DNA of 64,000 nt from an uncultured Clostridia bacterium (GTDB lineage: Bacteria > Bacillota > Clostridia > UMGS1883), in assembly GCA_947589005.1 (NCBI GenBank), contig CANPZO010000012.1:5980-69979 (forward strand). The letters run 5' to 3'. The notes beneath the pieces are model-generated. The model saw only the letters and a program-made list of their open reading frames with translations. It was not told where the DNA came from and ran no database searches. The position numbers and the translations under genes are program-made. Positions 49,319 to 57,434 of this stretch are shown here, piece by piece (position 1 is the stretch's first letter; each line of letters starts with the position of its first letter).

Positions 49319-49528
49319 ATGAGAGATGAATACGATTTTACCGGGGCGGTGAAAAACCCCTACGCAAAAAAGCTGAAAAAACAGATAACCATCAACATAG
49401 ACAGCGACACGGTGGATTTCTTCCGTCGGCAGGCCGCCGACAGCGGCATACCTTATCAGACGCTGATAAATCTGTATCTGACCGACTGCGCGGTTCAAAA
49501 CCGCAAGCTGAGCATCTCGTGGCAATAG
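49319..49528 (+). CDS. brnA: BrnA-family antitoxin (RHH/CopG-like), apparently orphaned
   Basis: MRDEYDFTGAVKNPYAKKLKKQITINIDSDTVDFFRRQAADSGIPYQTLINLYLTDCA...; the NPYAKKLKK...IPYQTLINLYL pattern is characteristic of BrnA antitoxins. Confidence 0.8.
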   Translation: MRDEYDFTGAVKNPYAKKLKKQITINIDSDTVDFFRRQAADSGIPYQTLINLYLTDCAVQNRKLSISWQ

Positions 49529-49612
49529 CCAAATAGAAGGGGCTGTAAAAAAATGGCGCAGACCTGCGTCGTCACAAGCTCGGTATCACAAGTTTATCGA
49601 GGATTAGTATTA

Positions 49613-49646
49613 TATTGCGCCGAACGGCAGCCAAACGGCTGCCGTT
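49613..49646 (+). terminator. Rho-independent terminator after brnA (overlaps 3' end of convergent RHH gene)
   Basis: AACGGCAGCC-aaac-GGCTGCCGTT followed by AATTTTTTTC. Confidence 0.75.
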
Positions 49647-49833
49647 AATTTTTTTCTTCCGCCTCGTCCTCCCGCAGATTTTCGAGGGCTACTCTTACCG
49701 CCTCCACCACAAAGGCCGAAAAGGTACAGTCCAAGCCCCGGATGGAGTTTTCGACCTCCTCTATCACGTCGTCGGGAAAGCGTATACACTTATTGGTGGC
49801 GTGGGTGGGAACGGGTATTTTAAATTTTCTCAT
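49645..49833 (-). CDS. Small ribbon-helix-helix (CopG/Arc-like) DNA-binding protein
   Basis: MRKFKIPVPTHATNKCIRFPDDVIEEVENSIRGLDCTFSAFVVEAVRVALENLREDEAEEKN fits a beta-strand then two-helix RHH pattern. GGAGGG RBS spacing 6. AT-rich. Confidence 0.6.
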   Translation of the reverse strand: MRKFKIPVPTHATNKCIRFPDDVIEEVENSIRGLDCTFSAFVVEAVRVALENLREDEAEEKN

Positions 49834-50021
49834 AACAATCCCTCCATACATTATGCAATATATCTTTCAATATTATTATATGACCCTTTGCAATATAAAT
49901 GAATATAGAATGTTGTATAGAAAATAGTTATATATTTTTTAAAACTTTTTTCTATATTGTATTGCATTTTGTAATATAATATGTTATAATAGATGCAAAT
50001 AAAAGAATAGGAGGACTTAAA

Positions 50022-50363
50022 ATGCGAATTGTAAAAACCGTTCTATCGGCCGCAACCGCCGCCGCCATAGCCCTGTCTCTTTCGGCCTGCGGTAAATCCG
50101 CCGAAGAACAACTGTCAGGCAAATGGGAGATAGACGAGGACTATCATGCCTATCTGTCCCGGCTCGAATTTTTTGACGACGGAAAGTACACGTCAGATGA
50201 TTCCAACTACGAGGGCGATTTTTCAGTGGACGACGACAGACTGTATCTTGAGGGAATTTTGGTAGACTCTAAGACTTATACTTTCGAGGTGGACGGAGAC
50301 AAGTTGACACTGTACGCAAACAGCGGTCGCGTAGAGGCCGTGTATAATAGGGTAGACGATTAA
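50022..50363 (+). CDS. Small lipoprotein, unknown function
   Basis: Lipobox LSLSACG after signal peptide MRIVKTVLSAATAAAIA; acidic, beta-rich 90-aa domain. AGGAGG RBS. Confidence 0.7.
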   Translation: MRIVKTVLSAATAAAIALSLSACGKSAEEQLSGKWEIDEDYHAYLSRLEFFDDGKYTSDDSNYEGDFSVDDDRLYLEGILVDSKTYTFEVDGDKLTLYANSGRVEAVYNRVDD

Positions 50364-50425
50364 ATTCAAAATTTAAAGCATATCGCAATTTGTAGACGTA
50401 ATATAATTGGAGGCAATTAAAATTA

Positions 50426-51342
50426 TGAAAAAAGGGATTATATCATTTATATTAGTACTCACAGTATCAATAGGAACTATGGCGTTTAGTTCAATTTCGG
50501 CATTTGCGACAGACAGATTAAATATTCAGGAAGGAATTTACACCATTTATTCTAAAGTGAGTTCTAACAAGGTCCTTGACATCTCAGGTGGTTCAACATC
50601 TTCCGGAGGAAATTTGCAGTTATATCAATACAATGGAACCACTTCACAATTATTTTGGATTCAAAAATCTGGTTCTTACTACACAATAACACCTATGTGT
50701 TCAGGATTAGTCCTTGATGTTCAAGGTGGGGATATGAAATCTGGGACTAATGTTCAACAGTATTATTCAAATGACACAAGTGCTCAAAAATGGAGGTTTT
50801 ACGATGCCGGCGGTGGGTATTGCTATATTGGGTGTGATCTCGGGAGATTTGCTCTCGATGTATCCGGCGGCAGTTCAAAGAATGGCACAAATATTCAAAT
50901 TTATAAACCCAATGGCACAGCATCGCAAAAATGGGAATTAAGAAAGGTGTACTCCACCAGTGAAAACTCATCTTTCACCGCTCGCACAGGTTCTTCAAAT
51001 TCTTGCATTGTAAAAATTGACACGTCACTCATCAATAAAAAGGGATATCAAAAAGCCAGTGTCAAATTAAAGACATTTAATGAGATCGACCAAAGAGGAA
51101 CCGACGGTAAAGTATTGGTTACTCTTCGCGATATGTCTAACAGGATAATATGGAGTGGAGTCAAATCTGGAGGAGATACATTAAAACTTGGAGACGATTA
51201 TCCAGCATACAGAATTACTGTTGAAACTTACGATTCGGGCGATGGGCCGATTGCTAACGGTAATGATTTTATTAATCTTGGTAAAACCGGTATGTGGGGG
51301 CTCACAAATCAAAAAAATTGTCAATTATATAATGCATACTAA
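50426..51342 (+). CDS. Secreted protein: N-terminal ricin-B-type (beta-trefoil) lectin domain + about 145-aa C-terminal domain of unknown function
   Basis: Signal peptide MKKGIISFILVLTVSIGTMAFSSISAFA. Three QxW-like lectin repeats (SQLFWIQ, AQKWRF, SQKWEL) with intervening LDV/GG motifs. C-terminal part has no motif I recognise. ATG at 50426 used (GGAGG upstream). Confidence 0.75.
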
Positions 51343-51449
51343 TGATTTTATAATATATGTTTCATAACTAATCCACTATATAGTGGCAACTATTTCATTG
51401 TATCCATACATTAAATTAGACGATTAAATAATTAAGGAGGACATTTAAT

Positions 51450-51821
51450 ATGAAGAAATTAACAGGAATTATTGGCGTACTAATGACGTTTATAGGCTTT
51501 ATCACATTCCTTACGGCGCAAATGACCATAAGTGAAGATAATTACTATACTTGGACTAAACCCTACACTCCTTTTGAAGCACGGTACATAACAATGAAAA
51601 CGATTGGCATAATTTTGTTAATTATAGGTATATTGGATTTAATTCTCTATATTGCCTCACATATTTATACCTCTAAGACCGAAGTCGATGCTAATAGTAT
51701 AAAAATTACTTCCAACGTATGCCCGTCTTGCGGACTTCAGGTAAGCAAAGGCACAAAAATATGTCCTAAATGCAAGACGCCAATAAATTCAAATTCTAAT
51801 TCTAATGCTCAATGGAGGTAG
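51450..51821 (+). CDS. Membrane protein (2 TM) with C-terminal zinc-ribbon (CPSC...CPKC)
   Basis: MKKLTGIIGVLMTFIGFITFLTAQ... TM1, IGIILLIIGILDLILYIASHIY TM2, then VCPSCGLQVSKGTKICPKCKTP. AAGGAGG RBS. Confidence 0.65.
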   Translation: MKKLTGIIGVLMTFIGFITFLTAQMTISEDNYYTWTKPYTPFEARYITMKTIGIILLIIGILDLILYIASHIYTSKTEVDANSIKITSNVCPSCGLQVSKGTKICPKCKTPINSNSNSNAQWR

Positions 51822-51826
51822 CTATC

Positions 51827-52144
51827 ATGTCAAGGACTTCTGTAACAATACCGCTCGGCAGAAAGAGCGTAGATGATGTATTAAATATTTTTACACAGGT
51901 AATGACAGCAAATAAATATGCAAATAAAATTATAAACGGTGAAGATGTTTGGTCTAAAGGTGATGGTGTTTTAGCATTTAGGCAATGCTTTGCCTTAAGT
52001 TTTTCAGACCAAAGCGTTCTCCTACAGGGATGGGTGACTGATGCAATGGTTGGAGAATCGGGTTTGACCGGTTTTGCGGGGATGGTTCCAAAAAGGAAAA
52101 TGAAAAAATTAATGGACGAAATAGTTGCAAGAATACAGTTCTAA
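51827..52144 (+). CDS. Hypothetical protein (105 aa)
   Basis: MSRTSVTIPLGRKSVDDVLNIFTQVMTANKYANKIINGEDVW... GGAGG RBS spacing 8. Starts 3 nt after the previous stop; ends at the bidirectional terminator. Confidence 0.5.
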   Translation: MSRTSVTIPLGRKSVDDVLNIFTQVMTANKYANKIINGEDVWSKGDGVLAFRQCFALSFSDQSVLLQGWVTDAMVGESGLTGFAGMVPKRKMKKLMDEIVARIQF

Positions 52145-52206
52145 TGCTCTATAACAGATATTCGGGTCATTCAAACTCATTGACGTTATTTTACTGCACC
52201 CAACAC

Positions 52207-52234
52207 AAAAACGCCGCAGCCGCGGCGTTTTTTC
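52207..52234. terminator. Bidirectional rho-independent terminator (hisS on minus strand; islet genes on plus strand)
   Basis: AAAA-ACGCCGC-agcc-GCGGCGT-TTTTTTC; A-run upstream and T-run downstream of a perfect 7-bp GC stem. Confidence 0.85.
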
Positions 52235-52247
52235 TATGTCCGTAATT

Positions 52248-53477
52248 CTACTTCCCAGCGCCCAACGACCTCGGCTCGGTTTCCTCCCAGCCGACGGTGT
52301 AAAAGGCGTCGTAGCCCTGCTCCTCAAGACGGGAGAGAAGCTTGTTCAGCTTCTTTGGCCGCTCGAAAAGGGCGGCGTCGTACTTGACACGCTTTTCCTC
52401 GGCGTAGGCTTGGGCCTCGGCGAAACGCTCCTTATCGTAGATTACCGCCAAACGGGGCCGAAGCTCCGCGGCGGAAGCGCCCTGCTCCTCAAGAATGGCG
52501 CAGATGCGTTCAAAGCCGATGGAAAAGCCCACGGCGGGCACCTCCTCGCCGATGAACTTGCCGATGAGGTTGTCATAGCGGCCGCCGCCGGCGATGGCGC
52601 CCCTGAAGCGGCTGCTCACCACCTCGAACACGGTGGAGGTATAATAACCCTGCCCGCGTACAAGGCTCAAATCAAATTGTATCTCCGCCCCGCCTACGGC
52701 CTTTATGCCGTCCATAATGAAGGCCAGGTCCTCCGTGGCCTCGCAGGGGGTCCGCGCCCGAAGGGTCTCAAAGTCCGCGCCCTCCTGAAGCAGGGCCGTC
52801 AATCCGTTCACCGCGGCCTCGGGCAGACCTTTTTCCAGCATTTCGGCGGCGACGCCCTCGGGGCCTATCTTGTCCAGCTTGTCAAAGATTATGCACACAC
52901 CGTCCAGCGTTTCACCGGCGAAGCCCAGGTTCTCGAGCATGGCCCTGAGCAGCCGGCGGTCGTTTATCTTAACGGTGAAATCCTCTATCCCCACGGCCTT
53001 AAGCGCCTTCACCGTGGTGAGTATGAGCTCCAGCTCGGCGGTACGGCTTTCGGTGCCGATTATGTCGATGTCGCACTGGACAAACTCCCTGAGCCGTCCC
53101 TTCTGGGGACGCTCGGCCCGATACACCCTGTCGGTCTGTATGACCTTGAAGGGGTTCATCAGCTTCGCCCGATTGTTGGCATAATAACGCGTCAGCGGCA
53201 GGGTCAAATCGTAGCGGAGCCCGAGGTCGCAGAGCTCGCCGCCCTCGGCGAGGGCCTTGTCCAGCTTTTCGCCGCGCTTAAGTATCTTAAAAATGAGGTT
53301 CAGGTTTTCGCCGCCGTCGCTCTTGTCCAGATTTTCCATATCCTCCATGATGGGGGTGGTTATACGCTCGAAGCCCGCGGCCCGATATACCTCCAAAATC
53401 TTATTCTGCACGCTGTCCCGCACCCTGACCTGAGCGGGCAGGTAGTCGTTGGCGCCTTTTACGGGTGTAATTTTCAT
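52248..53477 (-). CDS. hisS: Histidine--tRNA ligase
   Basis: Class II aaRS motifs (GANDYLP N-terminus; motif 3 FRGAIAGGGRYDNL) with a C-terminal anticodon-binding domain, unlike the hisZ paralog. Confidence 0.88.
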   Translation of the reverse strand: MKITPVKGANDYLPAQVRVRDSVQNKILEVYRAAGFERITTPIMEDMENLDKSDGGENLNLIFKILKRGEKLDKALAEGGELCDLGLRYDLTLPLTRYYANNRAKLMNPFKVIQTDRVYRAERPQKGRLREFVQCDIDIIGTESRTAELELILTTVKALKAVGIEDFTVKINDRRLLRAMLENLGFAGETLDGVCIIFDKLDKIGPEGVAAEMLEKGLPEAAVNGLTALLQEGADFETLRARTPCEATEDLAFIMDGIKAVGGAEIQFDLSLVRGQGYYTSTVFEVVSSRFRGAIAGGGRYDNLIGKFIGEEVPAVGFSIGFERICAILEEQGASAAELRPRLAVIYDKERFAEAQAYAEEKRVKYDAALFERPKKLNKLLSRLEEQGYDAFYTVGWEETEPRSLGAGK

Positions 53478-53490
53478 ATCTATCTTTCCT

Positions 53491-54360
53491 TTATTTGTTC
53501 AAATATTCCATCATTGCGTCAAACTGCTTTTCCGCCGTTTCGTAGCCGTGTTCGTAGAGACGTTCCAGCTTGGAGCGGTCCTTTTCCAGCCGGCCGACGT
53601 CGAGGCGTTCCTTCTCCGGCCTGAAAACAAAAACCTTCCCCTCGGCGGCGGAACGCTTGATATAGTTCACGGTCTCATTGTACATCAGGTGGCGGTTCTT
53701 CATAGATTCGGCCAGGCCCTTATGCCGGGGCGAAAGCAGCCTTGCCAGCCTGTACAGCCCGCTTGACTCCTTAAGATAATCCGCGTCCCGCGTAAGCACG
53801 GCGACGCACTTTTCCGCCCCGTCCGCAAAAGCCCTTTTGACGGGAATGGAGTCGCTCATGCCGCCGTCCAGATACTCGCCCCCGCCGATTTTGACCATGT
53901 GGCTCAAAAGCGGCAGCGAGGCGGAGGCCCGAACCATGTCGATATCACGGCGCAAATCGCCGACCTCAAAATATTTCGCCTGACCACTGCGGCAGTCGGT
54001 GGTCACGACGCAAAACTTGCCGGGATACTCGTTGGCGGTCTTGTAGTCATAGGGGTCCAGACCGTCGGGAATGGTGTGATAAACAAACTCCGCCGGGAAC
54101 ATATCCTCTCCCTTGAGCAGGTTGAAAAAGCTCATGTAGCGGGGGTCGTTGACATAGTCCGCCACCACGCGGAAGGCCCGCTTCGGCTGGAGGGACAAAT
54201 AGCTGCAGGCGTGGCAGGCCCCGGCGGAAACGCCGTATACACGGTCAAAAACCACCTTTTTCTCAAGCAGAAAATCGAGCACGCCCGTGGTAAAGGCCCC
54301 GCGCATCCCGCCGCCCTCCAGCACGAGGGCTCCCCGGGTAAGCGGTATCGGATAAGACAT
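53491..54360 (-). CDS. Patatin-like phospholipase family protein
   Basis: GGGMRG oxyanion motif and GVSAG serine lipase motif; DGG near the catalytic Asp. Embedded in the dnaX-recR-hisS transcription unit. Confidence 0.85.
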   Translation of the reverse strand: MSYPIPLTRGALVLEGGGMRGAFTTGVLDFLLEKKVVFDRVYGVSAGACHACSYLSLQPKRAFRVVADYVNDPRYMSFFNLLKGEDMFPAEFVYHTIPDGLDPYDYKTANEYPGKFCVVTTDCRSGQAKYFEVGDLRRDIDMVRASASLPLLSHMVKIGGGEYLDGGMSDSIPVKRAFADGAEKCVAVLTRDADYLKESSGLYRLARLLSPRHKGLAESMKNRHLMYNETVNYIKRSAAEGKVFVFRPEKERLDVGRLEKDRSKLERLYEHGYETAEKQFDAMMEYLNK

Positions 54361-54389
54361 TTTTAAGGACTTCCTTTCTGGACAACAGG

Positions 54390-54989
54390 TTAAATCTCCC
54401 TTCGCCCCTCCATGGCGCGGGCGAGGGTCATTTCGTCGGCAAACTCTATATCGCCGCCCACGGGTATTCCGTGAGCGATGCGGGTGGTTTTTATGCCCAT
54501 GGGCTTGATGAGCCGCGACAGGTACATGGCCGTGGCCTCGCCCTCGACGGTGGGATTGGTGGCCATGATGACCTCGGCCACCTCGCCGGTCAGCCGGGGC
54601 ATAAGCTCCTTTATCTTGATGTCGTCGGGGCCTACGCCGTCGATGGGCGAAAGACAGCCGTGCAGCACGTGATAGAGGCCGTTGTACTCACGGGTCTTTT
54701 CCATGGCCGCCAAGTCCTTGGGGCTTTCCACCACGCAGATAAGGCTCCGGTCCCGGCGCGGGTCGGAGCAGATGGGACAAACCTCGGTATCGGTCAGGTT
54801 CTGGCAGCAGCCGCAGAGCTTCACGCTCTCCCGCGCCGTCATTATGGCCTCGGCAAAGCGCCGGGCCTTTTCCTCCGGCACATTCATCACATGAAAGGCC
54901 AGCCGCACGGCACTTTTGTGCCCGATGCCGGGCATTTTTTCAAATTCTTCTATCAGGGCCGTCAGCGACGGCGGATAAGGGGCGCTCAT
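54390..54989 (-). CDS. recR: Recombination protein RecR
   Basis: HhH N-terminus ([15 protein letters not shown]), C4 zinc finger ([18 protein letters not shown]), Toprim domain. Confidence 0.95.
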   Translation of the reverse strand: MSAPYPPSLTALIEEFEKMPGIGHKSAVRLAFHVMNVPEEKARRFAEAIMTARESVKLCGCCQNLTDTEVCPICSDPRRDRSLICVVESPKDLAAMEKTREYNGLYHVLHGCLSPIDGVGPDDIKIKELMPRLTGEVAEVIMATNPTVEGEATAMYLSRLIKPMGIKTTRIAHGIPVGGDIEFADEMTLARAMEGRREI

Positions 54990-55336
54990 CAGAACAACCC
55001 CGGTATATTCATGCCGCCGGTTATCCTGCTCATGGAACTGGCCGCGGCCTCGTCCGCCTTGCGGAGGGCCTCGTTTACCGCGGTGACGATGAGGTCCTGG
55101 AGCATCTCCACGTCCTCGGGATCCACGGCGTCGGGGCTGAGAGTGACGGAAAGAACCTCCTTTTTGCCGTTGACCTTCACGCTGACCGCGCCGCCGCCAA
55201 CGCTGGCCTCAAGCTCCTGCTGTTCGAGAGATTCCTGAGCCTTGGCCATTTCCTCCTGCATCTTCTGGGCCTGACGTATCATATTGTTCATATTGCCCAT
55301 GCCGCCCATCCCTCTGGGGAAGCCGCCTCTTGCCAT
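54989..55336 (-). CDS. ybaB: Nucleoid-associated protein YbaB/EbfC
   Basis: 115 aa: [50 protein letters not shown]... Conserved dnaX-ybaB-recR order. Confidence 0.9.
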   Translation of the reverse strand: MARGGFPRGMGGMGNMNNMIRQAQKMQEEMAKAQESLEQQELEASVGGGAVSVKVNGKKEVLSVTLSPDAVDPEDVEMLQDLIVTAVNEALRKADEAAASSMSRITGGMNIPGLF

Positions 55337-55360
55337 AATATCATTTCCTTTCGTTTAATT

Positions 55361-56947
55361 TTATTCTATTTCGGTTATAGGTAAATTTATAAGATCGTCC
55401 AGCGGGTCCTTCTGCCGGACGGGGCCGCCCTTGCCAAAGTCGGAATCGGCCTTCACCGTCACGGCGCAGTCGATGCCGCAGTGCTTTTTAACGAGCTTTT
55501 GCAGGTAGTCGATGCTGTCCTTCACCTCGCCGCGGAAGGCGGCGAAGGTCGCGTCGGAAAAGGTGATGGCCAGCTTGCCCCTAAAATCCCGAAGGGAGCA
55601 GTTGCTGAGATAGGTATAGAGCGTTATATTGAAATCCGCCGCAATATTGTCCATTATTTCGGGCCATTTGTCTTTTATCTTTTCCACGAACTCGCTCTGT
55701 GGCGCATATATCTCCTTTTCCGGCTCAAGGGGCAGCTCCTCCGGAGGCTCCTCGGGTGGCGGAGGCTGTACCGCCGCCGGCTTTGCCGGAGCCGCGGCAA
55801 ACGCGCCGTCGGCGATTTTCCGCTCCAGCTCGCCGACGCGGGCCAGCAGAGCGTCATAGCCGCCGTCGTTGTGGGCGATGCAGAGCTTTATGGCCGCCGA
55901 CTGAAACACCACCGCCGGCAGGGAGGTATATTTCGCCGAGGCCAGAGCCTCGGAAAGGGTCTTTATCGAGTAGAGCAGCTTTTCCACGGAAAAGCCCTTG
56001 GAAATCCGTTTCAGCTCCTCCTGTTCCTCGGGGGAAAAGTCGCTGTTCATCTTACCCGTGGAGCGAAGCACCAGCATATCGCGGAGGGCCTTAATTACCG
56101 TTTCCACAAAAGGGGCCAAGGCCCTTCCACGGGCGGCGACGGTCTCCAAAGCGTCCACCGCGGCGGCGGCATCCTCGCCGGCTATAGCGCCGCAGAGGGC
56201 CAGCACGCTCGTCCCCTGGGCCTGTCCCAGGAAATCCGCCACAAAGTCTGTGTCCACCTCCTTGCCCGCGGCCACGCAGGGATCCAGGCAGGACAAAGCG
56301 TCGCGCATGGAGCCGTCGGCGGCGGAGGCTATCATCCGCAGGGCCCGTTCCTCCGCCTGTATGCCCTCGGCATTGCAGATGTATTCCAGCCGGTCATATA
56401 TGTCCTCGGCGGTGATGCGCTTGAAGTCAAAGCGTTGGCACCGGGAGCTGATGGTATCCATGACCTTGTGGGCCTCGGTTGTGGCGAGAACGAACTTCAC
56501 GTGCTCCGGCGGCTCCTCAAGGAGCTTGAGCAGGGCGTTGAAAGCCCCGGCGGAGAGAGCGTGAACCTCGTCGATGATGTAGACCTTGTATTTCGTTATC
56601 GCGGCGGTATAGCTCGCCTCCTCCCGAAGGGAGCGTATATTGTCCACGCCGCTGTTGCTGGCGGCGTCTATCTCGGTTATGTCCATTATGCTGCCGTCCA
56701 ATATCCCCCGGCAGGTGGGACACTTGTTGCAGGGGTTGCCGTTTTGCGGATTTTCACAGTTTATGGCGCGGCTGAAAATGCGGGCGGTAGTGGTCTTGCC
56801 GGTGCCTCGGGTGCCGCAGAAAAGGAAGGCGTGCCCGATGTTGCCGTTTTTGACCTCGTTTTTGATGGTCTCGGTAACGTGGCGCTGACCCACGACGTCG
56901 TCAAAGGTCAAAGGCCGCCACTTGCGGTAAAGCGCCTGATAAGCCAT
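55361..56947 (-). CDS. dnaX: DNA polymerase III subunits gamma/tau
   Basis: AAA+ clamp-loader motifs: Walker A GTRGTGKTTTAR, zinc module CNKCPTCRG, SRC/DEVH box (YIIDEVHALS). Confidence 0.95.
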   Translation of the reverse strand: MAYQALYRKWRPLTFDDVVGQRHVTETIKNEVKNGNIGHAFLFCGTRGTGKTTTARIFSRAINCENPQNGNPCNKCPTCRGILDGSIMDITEIDAASNSGVDNIRSLREEASYTAAITKYKVYIIDEVHALSAGAFNALLKLLEEPPEHVKFVLATTEAHKVMDTISSRCQRFDFKRITAEDIYDRLEYICNAEGIQAEERALRMIASAADGSMRDALSCLDPCVAAGKEVDTDFVADFLGQAQGTSVLALCGAIAGEDAAAAVDALETVAARGRALAPFVETVIKALRDMLVLRSTGKMNSDFSPEEQEELKRISKGFSVEKLLYSIKTLSEALASAKYTSLPAVVFQSAAIKLCIAHNDGGYDALLARVGELERKIADGAFAAAPAKPAAVQPPPPEEPPEELPLEPEKEIYAPQSEFVEKIKDKWPEIMDNIAADFNITLYTYLSNCSLRDFRGKLAITFSDATFAAFRGEVKDSIDYLQKLVKKHCGIDCAVTVKADSDFGKGGPVRQKDPLDDLINLPITEIE

Positions 56948-56980
56948 AGCGGGCCGCTCCTTTCGTAATTATAATAAAAT

Positions 56981-57250
56981 GTCGTACACCCCAAAATCGA
57001 CAACCATCCACCCACGGTATGCCTGCAGTTAGCTCGGATCAGGCAACCTCGCGGCACACACGGGTTGCCGCTTATTGCTGCTCGGTTCCCCGCCTGACAA
57101 GGTTCACGGGTCCATGTTGCGCGAGACCCGACCGTCAACACCACTTTCAGGCGCCTGCTGCGCAGATGAATTGCCTCAATTGGGGAGTTAGCCTCCGCTG
57201 TAGCGGATTGCGGATACAGGGCGCCGCTGCCTCCCCGGTTAGTACGACAA
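56981..57250 (-). ncRNA. ffs: Signal recognition particle RNA (long Bacillus-type, about 270 nt)
   Basis: Minus strand contains the domain IV core GTCAGGCGGGGAACCGAGCAGC. The 5' segment CGTACTAACCGGGGAGGCAGCGGCGCCCTGTATCCGCAATCCGC and the 3' segment GTGCCGCGAGGTTGCCTGATCCGAGCTAACTGC match the Alu-domain/helix-5 layout of B. subtilis scRNA. Located immediately upstream of dnaX, as in Bacillus. Ends approximate (+/-10 nt). Confidence 0.85.
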
Positions 57251-57434
57251 TGTTATTATACTACAAAGCTCGGAAAATAGCAAGGGTTTTTTCAAAAAAT
57301 TTTACGGGGGCGGTGGCAATCATAGCACGATTTTAATTACCGCGGCGGCAGGAAATCATTCCACGCCCTTGATTTTTTTCTCCGATTATGATATTATATA
57401 CTTAATTAAAGCTAAAACAAAGGAGGCGGCGAAA

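Noticed and set aside
55481-56968. 495-aa plus-strand ORF antisense to dnaX and plus-strand ORF 57019..57336 across the SRP RNA
   Set aside because: Antisense or overlapping a structured RNA with clear homology to Bacillus scRNA; no coding signal.
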